Origin: Octopus vulgaris
Lineage: Eukaryota
Direction: 5' to 3'
DNA: 64,000 nucleotides
Assembly (NCBI GenBank): GCA_951406725.2
Contig: OX597816.1
Location: forward strand, 15,500,001-15,564,000
The notes beneath the pieces are model-generated. The model was not told the DNA's origin, did no database searches, and saw only the letters and a list, made by a program, of their open reading frames with translations. Positions 37,751-51,581 of the stretch are shown here, in pieces. Numbering within the stretch: the first letter of the stretch is position 1; every line of letters begins with the position of its first letter. The translations under genes were made by a program, and so were the position numbers.

Positions 37751-40202
37751 GGTATGGTCCACTCCAGGCAGAATTTTGTGAAAATGTGTTGTGGAAGGAA
37801 GTAGCAGACTCAAGAACACCCATGTGACACAAACTATAGCTACATCACTGTACATACATCATCATCTTCCTTATCATCTCCTTAATCATCATCGTCATCA
37901 TTTAACATCTATTTTTCCACATTGGCATGGGTTGGACGGTTCGACATGACCTAGCAAGCTGGAGTACTGCGCCAGGCTCCAATTGTCTGCTCTGGCAAGG
38001 TTTCTACAATTGGATACCCTTCCTAACACCAACCACTTTACAGAGTGTACTGGGTGATTTTTATTGGGCACTATCACAAGAGTTTTTACATGTCACCAGC
38101 ATGGGTGCTTTTTACATGATACCAGCACAGAACATGGCACCAGCACAATATTTAGGGCCATTGTTGGCTAACGCTGCTGCTATATTTGTTTGTATGTAGT
38201 TCTTATTTTTATCTAGATGGTAACAGTGGGGCCATGTTTTTAAAGCGATATTGTGTTCTGAGTATTTGCAGCTGTGTCTGAGTATTTAGGGGGTTAGTGT
38301 GTATATCATGGCAAGGAATCTGCAGGCCAGAGCTTGTTGGTTATAATAAACTACTTCTTTACATGTCCAGGTAGTCTTTCATATTTAATATTTTTGTTTC
38401 ACAGCACTAATGGTTTGTGCACAGCCTTTGATTATTTAAGATTTACTGGTTTGTGTTTGCGTATAATTTGCTGTGATAAGCCATAGAGAGTTTGGGATCC
38501 ATGCATGATGAGCATTATCCATGAGGGATCAAATGCATTGTTTATTCATGATTGTTTTTGTTTCTTTGTACTTTGTAAATGTGGTCCCTGTAATCACAGT
38601 TTGGGATTTTACATGTTAATGTCATGATAACCTTGGGGTAGAACTTATATGAGTATATTTACATTTAAGCATCTAAATATACTGGAAACAAATGCAATCC
38701 ATGTTTATTAACTTAACTCATATCACCATCATCATCAGGGTTGGATTAAGACCCAAAAAGGCCCTAAGCGCTTAAAAGATATTGATGCCCCCATATGTCT
38801 ATATAGTTCAAAATATAACAATAATAAACTATAATATGAATATTTATTTTTCAAAAAATGTTTATTTTTGTAAATTTTTATTTTATTTATATTTGAAAAG
38901 TTTTCTCCACTTTCTCTTTATTGCAAAATCTTTGATCAGATCTTCATTATTATACTGTGAACACTTTCAAATTTTATTTCTGATCATTTAATCTACTTTG
39001 AATATCAATTTGGCAAGTTTAAAGTGATTTCTTTTGTACTGTAAACTATTTACTATTAGATGTTATCACTGGCCATGCTATATCCTCCATCAGAGGATTT
39101 GAACTCAACACTACAGGCTACTGAATCTTTGACAATATTGGTGTTGAATATAGCCATATTGATGCAAATTTAAGGGGTGGGTATAGTTCATTAAACTAAT
39201 ACCAATACTTGCACAGTGGTTGAATTTCTGTTACTATATAACTTACTCATATGTATAATGACTGAAAGACCTCAGACTGTGTTAGTATGTATGCATGAAT
39301 TGATTCTGCTGCATTGAATATGTCCTGGAAAGAACAACCCTACCAATGACAAATTATACAATAAGTAACCTTAAGTTAAGACTCTGTTAGAGAAAAGAGT
39401 TTGCTCTATTGGACACTATTGGAGAAGAAAGAATGGGCTGATTTGGGAACCCTACTTTGGACATCTCAACAGGGTCACGGTGACATTGATCAATTCAGTC
39501 AATAAGCCAACAGCTGATGTCACTAAGTAGAATTAGCTAATACCATTGAAGATAAATGGGTTGAGGGTCAAGTTTTGAGAAATGAAACAAACTCAATCCA
39601 CTGATTCTGGCTTGACTAATAGTTTCACTTTCACTTTAGTGACCCCACAGAAAGACAAATAACAAAATTTTTACCTTTGGTGAGATTTGAACTCAGTACA
39701 TAAAGGACCATTTGTGAATATTTTCAGGTATTTTATCCAATGATTAACCAATTTAACCAACTACTACTACTATTTGCTTCAGCACTTACTTACAGCTAGC
39801 TGTACAAGCTCAATTAAATATTGCTTTGAGAGCACTGACATAAAATAGTGTTGCTATTTGGTTAATGGTTATACATTATGGCATCTTAGGCAAGTTCTAC
39901 TCTAGTCTCTGACCTACTAAAGCCATCTGAGTGGATTCAGTTAATGGAAACTGAAAGAATCATGCATATATATCGTTTAACGTCCGTTCTCCATGCTAGC
40001 ATGGGTTATATATATATATATATGCAGACATACACACATGGCTGTGTCATAAGAAGCTTGCTTCCCAGCCACATAATTCTGGGTCTATCCCCTTGCATGG
40101 CATCTTGGGCGTGTGACGTCTATTATAGCCTTGGGCCAATCAAAGCCTTGTGAGTGGATTTCATAGATGGAAACTGAAACAAGCCCATTGTGTGTGTGTA
40201 TA

Positions 40203-40237
<35 letters not shown>

Positions 40238-41091
40238 CTGTGTTTGTCACCTCAGCCATCACTTGACAACCAATGCTGGTGAGCTTATATCCCCGTAACT
40301 GAGTGGTTCGGCAAAAGAAACTGATAGAATAAGCACTTTGCCTTTCATCCTTTCGGGGTCGATAAATTAAGTACCAGTGAAGCACTGGGGTCAGTGTAAC
40401 CAACTAATCTCCACCCACAAAATTTCAGGCCTAGTGCCTTTGGTAGAAAGGATTATTGTTATTATTCATTTGTCTTATTCGTTTGTCTTATTCATTTTGC
40501 ATGCCTTCACTGCACAACCAAACACAGATCTGATTGCCTTACTCCTAAGCTATACTTTGTTTAAGTATTGATATATTTACTGTGTCAAAAGTACCCTACA
40601 CAATATGTACGCAGTGCCTAGAAGTGCATTTTCGATATTTTTAGTATGTTTGTAAGTTCTGGAGTTGTTGTTATTATTTTCATTTTTCTTTTTTGTTTTC
40701 TTTCTGAAGCAAAATGAACCATGGCCTAAAACTAGTAGCATCTTCTAATTACTGTGTACTTTTCTTTTAAGCAGGAGCAATTAACATTATTCTTGATGAA
40801 CATATGTATCAATACCAACGAAATTCTTAATACACACACACATGCCAAACTATACATAAATACATAGATATATCTATTTATGCATACATATATATGAATA
40901 TGTATGTATATCTAAAATACATGTACATACTTTTAAATGCACAGATATATGTAAATAAATTTAAGTATGTAGGTAGGTATATGTGTATTTAAAATAATTG
41001 GGTATATATATATTTACACACGCACATATATTTTATATATATACATATATATATACGTACCTACATACATACATAGATATATCTATGTGTC

Positions 41092-41134
<43 letters not shown>

Positions 41135-41595
41135 TTAATTTATGATTGTAGAAGGAGAAAAAAAAAATTCAATCTAAATCCTCTCATTACTACTTTTAAC
41201 TCTTTCAAGCTCTGATTATATATGTAAGCTCATTTAATTTCAACTAGTGCAAACAACCTATATTAAAATAACTATATCCTGTATTCTTTTGCACATTTTA
41301 GTCTGCACCATGTGTGTGTATATGAATGTGTGTGTTTGTGTGCTTATCTTTATGTGTTAAATCTAATGTAAATTTCTATGAGTTCATTTGGTAAATGTGT
41401 GAATTTTGGAAACGTTTCTTTCAGTCGTTTAGGTAATCTTTAACTAGTACTAAGTTGCGAGTATTTGTGGTTGTGAGAAAAGTAAAGTCTGCTATGCTGC
41501 AAACTTTATTTCTTCAATAGTTCAATATTGATTTGAAGAGGTATGTTTCAAAATTCATCTTACTGCTTATATATATATATCTTAATGCTTATGTA

Positions 41596-41643
<48 letters not shown>

Positions 41644-41825
41644 CATACATAAGTATTAAGAGATATATATACATAAGTATTAAGATATATATATATGTAT
41701 CTTTCAAAATTCATCTTACTGCTTATATATATATATATATATACAATTAATAAAAAAAAAAACATAAAAAGACATGGAAAAAATGGCATGAGGACATGGT
41801 ACGTGCAAAGTATTAATAAGATGCT

Positions 41826-41884
<59 letters not shown>

Positions 41885-42075
41885 TGCATAAACTCACGTA
41901 TATTTGGGTTTTCAGATAATGTTTTTTTTCTTTGTGTGTTAATCTTTTCTCGTGAAAAATAATTTTCCTCATAGGAATAAATTTTACCTCTTTTCAGACA
42001 TAGACCAATGAAATGTAATGTTGGAAAAAATGTAGGAATTTATGTGACAACCCACCATATGCATGTGTGTGTGTG

Positions 42076-42124
<49 letters not shown>

Positions 42125-42390
42125 AGAAGAGGGATATAATATCCAGGCAGATACTGAATTTCTCTATGTAAAATGCCAAGTCTGGTTCCTTCAAAATACT
42201 TTTTAATGGTAAACTTCTTTTAACTCTCATCTGAAGATACAGTATTTCTTGGTTACTTAGAGTGTAAAGTACAGGATTGTAAATAATGAGATGGAATCAA
42301 ATTCTTCATTCATAATGGTAGTACTCCAGCATGACCACAGTTCTTGAGCTGAAACTAAGTAAAGTGTTATATATATATATATATAATTTT

Positions 42391-42540
42391 TTTTTTTCGT
42401 AATGAGATAAAAAACCAAGGCTGAGTAGATTTTAGAACATTTATGGATAGAAGGTCTTACAGCTGTTTCCAGGATATTTATTATATCCCTTCATTGGAGA
42501 CGGTGTGAGAAGTAATAGTTAATTTAGATAGGATACAATT
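42391..42540 (-). ncRNA. Hammerhead-ribozyme-like motif (42454-42501) in a TA-flanked element (family HH-3)
   Basis: Minus strand gtct-CCAATGA-A-GGGATAT-aataa-ATATCCT-G-GAAAC-AGCT-GTA-agac; stems I, II and a palindromic stem III are all present, but the core is mutated. Confidence 0.6.
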
Positions 42541-42645
42541 TATATATATATATATATATAATAATTTATGTATTGGGCATATACCACCATGACTAGCCTT
42601 GAGATGAAAAATGGAGTGGTTTCTCCATTACTTTCTCCTGGAAAA

Positions 42646-42935
42646 AGCATCATCCAAACATGGCCGATGCCAGCGACGCCTTGACTGGCTTCTGTGCCGG
42701 TGGCACGTAAAAAACCACCAACTGATCATGGCCACTGCCAGCCTCCCTTGGCATGTAAAAAGCACCCTCTACACTCACGGAGTGGTTGGCGTTAGGAAGG
42801 GCATCCAGCTGTAGAAACACTGCCAGATCAGACTGGAGCCTGGGGCAGCCTCCATGGCTTACCAGATCTCCGGTTGAACCATCCAACCCATGCTAGCACG
42901 GAAAACGGACATTAAACGATGATGATGATGATGAT
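42646..42935 (+). mobile_element. RTE LINE 3'-UTR fragment
   Basis: GTGCCGGTGGCACGTAAAA unit, terminal block and (GAT)n tail. Confidence 0.82.
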
Positions 42936-43604
42936 AAGAGTCTTTAAAATGTAGCATCCAAACCTTGTTTGGGCATGCCCCTAGTAGTGTACTTTCAGAG
43001 CATGTTTACCACTTATAGCTACCAGGCATCATCTGCAGTACTGCACTTTAGTTGCAGGATCTACATAAGGAATTCCATTCCTTGGTGCATGTTTAGTATA
43101 TTTTGTGCATACGTGTGTTTGCGTGTGTGTACTAATATCATTGTTTTCTTTTTGTTTCTCTTCCTAACCTCTATAGTCAGGTCTTATCAATTCATTAAAC
43201 TGGACATGACCTCATTTCCAACCTGTAGATAGGGTGACCCAGTTTTCTGGTTTTTGTACCCAAGATCTTAGAATACTATTCCTATTGATCTGAGACTGTC
43301 TACTCTAATTAATAAATTACATTATTCTATGTTTCCTACTCATCTGCTTCAATAATCAATGATATCGGTCACCGTTTTTCTATTCACTGGCAACTCAAAT
43401 GCATTCTTCATATAAACATGCTAGTTTTCAGTATTTCTTTGAAATCCAAGTTTTAATGATTTTTCTTCTTTTCTTTAAGAGGAAAGCGAAGGGAAATTAT
43501 GTTCATGTTTGTGTTTTCAAGTGATGTGTTGTTTCCACCTGGAATTGAAACTGGGTTGCTATTTTGGCATACCATGAAAACACAACCATGCAATTCTACT
43601 TATA

Positions 43605-44795
<1,191 letters not shown>

Positions 44796-45666
44796 TAATT
44801 TTTCTTTTAGCATAATCTTTTGACCAAAACTATTTTTGTCTAACTCAAGCCTTCATGACATTCCACAGACCATCACAAGAACTTCGCACAGTTCACCAAC
44901 AGCTCACATCACTAATGCTTGTCAACAAGGCACCAACCAAGCTATCCAGAAATTTATCATTGATTTTTCAAACTAGTCTACTTCCCAAATTCAAAAATTT
45001 TAGATGTTCCCTCAATATTTCTTAAGGTGCTAACATTCTACTTTCACTTGCTTAGCATGATGTCAGTCAGTTGCTGTAGCACCTCATCAATATTCACATT
45101 TTATTTTTAATTTTTTTGCTTTATTTTATTTTAATTTCTTTGAATACTTTTCCAAGTAATTATTCAGTTATGTTTGATGTTTCCTTAAATCCCATTGATG
45201 TTTCTTGTATGGTTGTATTGTGTATTTCTATGAATGGTAGCGTATTGCATCTGTACACTTTACAATGAATTACAGCAGAATCTACCACAGCAAATGGTGC
45301 CGTTTCATTTGTAAAGTGTCTCAACTCCACTGAATGCTTTATTCTTTTATCTTTTCTCTTTTAATCATTGGACTGTGGCCATGCTGGGGCACAGCCTTCA
45401 ATGGTTTTACTCAAACAAGCCAACCCCAGTATGTATGCTTTTGTTTGTTTTTTTAAGTTTGGTATTTATTCTATTAGTGTCTTTTGCTAAACTGTTAAGT
45501 TGTGGGGGACATAAACAAACCAACACTGGTTGTCAAGCGGTGGGATGAAGTGGGATTCTGACAAACGCAGACGCAAAGACATACACACCCCACCATATAT
45601 TTAAGATGGGCATTAAAGGATGATGATAATATGTATATACATACATACATACATACAAATATACAT

Positions 45667-45712
<46 letters not shown>

Positions 45713-45714
<2 letters not shown>

Positions 45715-47254
45715 CCTAGTCACCCGTATAGTCAACCAGGTGATACACGAAGGAGTCATACCCAATGACTGGTGTAGCAGCATACTAGTCAACTGCTACA
45801 AAGGTAAAGGTGATGCCCTGGATACAAATAATTACAGAGGTATCAAGCTGTTGGATCAGGTAATGAAGGTTACGGAGAGGGTCATAGCCCAACTAATTAG
45901 AGAGAGAGTTAGTTTAGATGAGATGCAGTTTGGGTTTGTCCCAGGGAAAAGCACCACTGATGCTATATTCCTGGTAAGGCAGCTGCAGGAGAAATACCTA
46001 GCCAAGGATAAGCCCCTGTACCTGGCTTTTGTTGACATGGAGAAAGCCTTTGATAGGGTCCCCCCGATCCCTCATCTGGTGGTCAATGAGGAAACTAGGG
46101 ATAGATGAATGGCTGGTGAGGGCTGTGCAAGCCATGTACAGAGATGCCGTAAGTAAGGTTAGAGTTGGCAACATGTACACAGAAGAATTCAAAGTAGAGG
46201 TTGGGGTCCACCAGGGTTCAGTACTCAGCCCCCTCCTATTTATCATAGTCCTCCAGGCAATAACGGAGGAATTCAAGACAGGTTGCCCCTGGGAGCTCCT
46301 CTATGCTGACGACCTCGCTCTAATCGCTGAGTCACTATCAGAACTGGAGGAGAAGTTCCAGGTGTGGAAGGAGGGTTTAGAATCGAGGGGCCTTAGAGTC
46401 AACCTAGCTAAAACCAAAGTACTAATAAGTAGAAAGGTAGAAAACCCACAAATATCATCAGGAAGATGGCCCTGCTCGATCTGTAGAAAAGGTGTAGGTA
46501 GAAACTCTATAAGATGTACCCAGTGTAAGCTATGGACACATAAGAGGTGCAGCAATGTCAAAGGTAGGCTAACTGGGAAGATAGTTTTTGTATGTGGCAG
46601 GTGCTCTGGAGCACTGACCTCCGAAAATCTGCAGAAAACAACTTCTGTCACTTTCCGGGGGAAAAACTAGAAGTAGTTGATAGTTTCCGCTATCTAGGTG
46701 ACCAAGTCAGTAGTGGGGGTGGGTGCGCTGAAAGTGTAACTGCTAGAATAAGAATAGCCTGGGCAAAGTTTAGGGAGCTCTTACCTCTGCTGGTGACTAA
46801 AGGCCTCTCGCTCAGAGTAAAAGGCAGACTGTATGATGCATGTGTACGAACAGCTATGCTACATGGCAGTGAAACATGGGCCGTGACTGCTGAGGACATG
46901 CGTAAGCTCGTGAGGAACGAAGCCAGTATGCTCCGATGGATGTGTAATGTCAGTGTACTTACTCGACAGAGCGTTAGTACCTTGAGAGAAATGTTGTACC
47001 TAAGAAGCATCAGTTGTTGTGTGCAAGAGAGACGATTGCGCTGGTATGGTCATGTGGCGAGAATGGATGAAGAGAGGTGTGTGAGAAAGTGCCAATCCCT
47101 AGCAGTTGAGGGAACCCGTGGAAGAGGTAGACCCAGGAAAACCTGGGACGAGGTGGTGAAGCACGACCTTCGGACGTTAGGTCTCACCATGGAAATGACT
47201 AGAGACCGAGACCTATGGAAGTATGCTGTGCGTGAGAAGACCCGGCAAGACTAG
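45713..47254 (+). pseudogene. RTE reverse transcriptase ORF fragment (two compensating frameshifts) with internal PHD-type zinc finger
   Basis: Motifs YKGKGD..NYRGIKLL, QFGF.PG.ST.DAIF, AFVDMEKAFDRVP, GVHQGSVLSPLLF, LLYADD (YADD 46302-46313), FRYLG, GSETW, RRLRWYGHV.R and RGRGRPRKTW; stop at 47252-47254. Confidence 0.95.
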
Positions 47255-47516
47255 TGAAGCCATAATCCGTGGCCCCTACCTGGGACGTAGTCAGTCCACC
47301 TGTGCATACCTTCCTTCTTGTGACACTTGTGAAGACCTGTTGAGGCAAGTGAGAATCGAATCGTATCAAATCAAATCGAACCAAATCAAAATAGATGAAC
47401 ATCAATGGAATTTGTATCCTTGTGGTACCAGTGCCGGTGGCACATAAGAAAACCATCCGAACGGGACCGTAGCCAGTACCGCAATGACTGGCCTCCGTGC
47501 TGAGGGCACGTAACAA

Positions 47517-47831
47517 ACACCATCCGAGCGTGGCCGTCCGCCAGCCTCGTCTAGCACCTGTGTCGGTGACACATAAGAAAACACCATCCGAGCGTGGCCG
47601 TCTGCCAGCCTCGTCTGGCACCTGTGTCGGTGGCACATAAAAAACACCATCCGAGCGTGGCCGTCTGCCAGCCTCGTCTGGCACCTGTGTCGGTGGCACA
47701 TAAAAAACACCATCCGAGCGTGGCCGTCTGCCAGCCTCGTCTGGCACCTGTGTCGGTGGCACATAAAAAACACCATCCGAGCGTGGCCGTCTGCCAGCCT
47801 CGTCTGGCACCTGTGTCGGTGGCACATAAAA
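47517..47831 (+). repeat. 63-bp tandem array (5 units) in the RTE 3' UTR
   Basis: ACACCATCCGAGCGTGGCCGTC starts at 47517, 47581, 47644, 47707 and 47770. Confidence 0.95.
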
Positions 47832-48219
47832 TCACCCACTACACTCTCGGAGTGGTTGGCGTTAGGAAGGGCATCCAGCTGTAGAAACACTGCCACATCT
47901 GACTGGCCTGGTGCAGCCTTCGGGCTTCCCAGACCCCAGTTGAACCGTCCAACCCATGCTAGCATGGAAAGCGGACGTTAAACGATGATGATGATGATGA
48001 TGATATATATATATACACACACACACATATAGAAATATATACACTCACACACACACACACACATATACATATATAGGCACAGACATGGTTGTGCAGTAAG
48101 GAGCTTGCTTCCTAACCACATGGTTTCAGGTTCAGTGCCACTGCGTGGTACCTTGTGAGTGGATTTGGTAGATGGAAACTGAAAGAAGCCCGTTGTATAT
48201 ATGTGTGTGTGTATGTATG

Positions 48220-48275
<56 letters not shown>

Positions 48276-49072
48276 TAAATATATATACATATCAGTGATG
48301 GTGCCCCAGCATGGCCGTGGCCTTCGGGCTAAAACATTTTTAAGGATTTAAGGATATATATATGCTGTTATGTATATATATATATATATATTTACATACA
48401 TACACACACTTGATGGGTTCTACACAGTTTCCACCTACCAAATTTACTCACAAGGCATTGGCTGGGCTGAGGCTGTATGGCTGGGGCTGTTATAGAAGAC
48501 ACTTGCCCAAGGTACCATGCAATGAAAGTAAACCCACAACTGCACACTTGCAAAGTGAGTTTCTTAACTACACAACCATGACATGATTCATTTTGAAATT
48601 ACTTCAAAAACTGAAAACTGCTGTAAGCATTTCATTTTGTTTCTGCTCATTTTATTTTACATCACTTCAGTTTATTTAATTATCAGGATTAAGTACCCAA
48701 TTCTTTAGGAATATTGACTGAAACAGATCATTATCTTGCCCAGAGGAAGAACTATCTCTTATCCACTTCACTTTATGAAATTGGAGAACTGAGATTCAAA
48801 AGCACCTTCAGGGAGCTGGGAAAAGGAATTAGTTATAAGGTTGTATGGTATTAAACTGATCCACGAGTGGCTTGATGGTTTTCAGTTGGCTTTCAGTTAG
48901 TTTAAATCCTTTTGGGATCATTTAAATATGTATCTTCAGGAAAGTGGGTTATAATGGACAACCTGTTATGATTGACATGCAGAGTGTGAGAAGAGCTTGG
49001 CCAAAATCCATGAAAAGCTGAAATTATTTAGGTTTCTATGGGACCCATGCCAGAAGATATAACCAAATATCT

Positions 49073-49438
49073 TATCTTTTACTTGTTTCAGTCATTTGAC
49101 TGTGGCCATGCTGGAACATAACTTTAAAGAATTTATTTTTAGAATTGAGCCCAGTACTAATTTTTGCTTATATTTTAGCCTGGTACTTATACTAATGGTC
49201 TCTTGTGCTGAACCGCTAAGTTACAGGAACATAAACACACCAACACCAGTATGTCAAGCAGTGGTGAGACAAACAGATACACACACATATGTTTTCATCT
49301 ACCAGATCCACTCACAAGGCTTTGGTCAGCCTGAGGCTATAGCAGAAGACACTTACCCAAGGTTTTACGCTGTGGATTGAACTCACAACCATGTGGTTGG
49401 GAAGTAAGCTTCTTAACACACAGCCATGTCTGTGCCTA
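49073..49438 (-). mobile_element. SINE family A copy
   Basis: TTTTACTTGTTTCAGTCATTTGACTGTGGCCATGCTGG ... CACAGCCATGTCTGTGCCTA. Confidence 0.78.
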
Positions 49439-50343
49439 TTCCAAATATGAAAGTGAACAGAATATTTTTTTTTTTTTTTTAAATAAATTAGTTAGGAAAT
49501 GTGGAGCAGTACCCATGACATTTTCCAGGTCTGATAAGACTGGTATGATTGTTGTAGGTGGTGACAGCAATGGAGAATTGTGTTTCCAGTGTTTTCTGTA
49601 AAAATAAAATGACAAGAGATTTGAAAAATAGATAGTGTCAAGAATCTAAAGAAATATATACCACGGTATGATCTTATGGCTTTATCTTTACATTTAGGAT
49701 TTATTTTGCCAAGATAAGAAAAAAAGAGAGAGAAAGGAATTTTTAGGGGATTGAAGCAATACAGGGTTTCATTTGGAGTATAAATTTCATTAATTAATTA
49801 GATGCCTCTGGTGTTTGTAAAATAAATACTTGCTGTAGTTCCCTATAGGCCAATGAAGATGACAATGTATATAACCTCTCCATTCAGATATTCACTATAT
49901 TGTGCTTGTATACTCATACACAGACACACACACACATGTGCACACCCAAACATCCATACGTCTCAGATTTTTAACTATAGTTGAAGGTTACAAGCTGTCT
50001 TACTCATACAAGACAATGCTGAATTGGTGCACTTATACATGCCAGTATCGAAAGACAGGCATAAAAAGGATTGTATGTGTGTGTGGTGTGTGTGCGTGTG
50101 TATATATGAGTGTGTATAGGTTTGGTAATACAAGCAAGAAAATAGAACTCAAAACATGAGTGTGTGTATATATAAATAAAATTCTCAGTGACACAATGAC
50201 TTTAAGGTGTTTTGTGCATTTTATGTGTGTGTAAAGAGAGAGATGTATATATACTCATATATGCATGTATATATACATATAGATGTAGGTATGTACATAT
50301 ATGTATGTATGTACGTATGCATATGTTTTATTTATTAATTTGT

Positions 50344-50381
<38 letters not shown>

Positions 50382-50460
50382 TATAAATAGAGAGAGAGAG
50401 AGATCAACGTTTGTGCGTGCTCGTGCATATATATAGATATATGCGTTTGTATGTGTGTGC

Positions 50461-50493
<33 letters not shown>

Positions 50494-51223
50494 CACACAC
50501 ATACTCTCACAAGTACACATATATGGTATATACAGATCTTAAAACATTAATTCAGAGAATAACCACATTCATTGGTATACATACAGTCAAACATTCTTTT
50601 TATAAGAGAATAATTTATGTTGTGACTTGTAAAATGTGATAAGAACGACCAGAATGCCAAGTAAATTGCCAGCCTCACACACAAATTCTATGGGGACTTT
50701 ATATAGATACATGTACATACCTATGTATACGTATATATATATAGACACATAGATGTAGATAGATATACGTACCTATGTTATATATATACTTTGCCAATTT
50801 GAATCTGAACAAACAAATGTTTTTTGTCAACTTTTGTCACAGTAACAAAATGGTTTCGGTCAAAATTAGTACTGCTTTGTTATGTTTTTAAACAACCAAT
50901 GTTCATGACTTTTCTTTCACTCAGTTGCGTATGCCATTGAAAGTAGGGACAATGACTCCGCTTTTGAAGTACTGCAGAGGATTTTAGAAAGGATAATTCA
51001 TTCTACAAGCACACCTGTTTTTAACTTCTTTTTCCTTTCTCTTGTTTCCCCCCCCCCCCCACTCTTTTCAGTTTGGTTTCTACTATTTATTCAAATTTCT
51101 AAATTTGAACAAACATCCACAAAACCAAATATAAATACACACACACACACACACACAAATATATATCTTTAGATACATATGCCTATATATCTATATATGT
51201 ATAAATACACATGCCTATCTCTT

Positions 51224-51279
<56 letters not shown>

Positions 51280-51305
51280 AACACACACATATATGCCATA
51301 TACAT

Positions 51306-51366
<61 letters not shown>

Positions 51367-51539
51367 GTTAATCCAAACATGAAAACACAAAAATATATAT
51401 ATATATATATACATCCCTAATCTCTTTCTCATATGTATATATATATATATTTATATATATATATATATACACATATAGTTAATCCAAACATGAAAACACA
51501 AAAATATATATATATATATACATCCCTAATCTCTTTCTC

Positions 51540-51581
<42 letters not shown>

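Larger units (their letters stand above)
45713..48004 (+). mobile_element. RTE-clade non-LTR retrotransposon, 5'-truncated, inserted in (TA)n
   Basis: RT coding region, 3' UTR and (GAT)n tail at 47984-48004; (TA)n on both flanks. Confidence 0.95.

Noticed and set aside
47199-47965. ORFs of 187-208 aa with 21-aa repeats
   Set aside because: Produced by the 63-bp tandem array in the LINE 3' UTR; open in several frames and both strands, with no domain signature.
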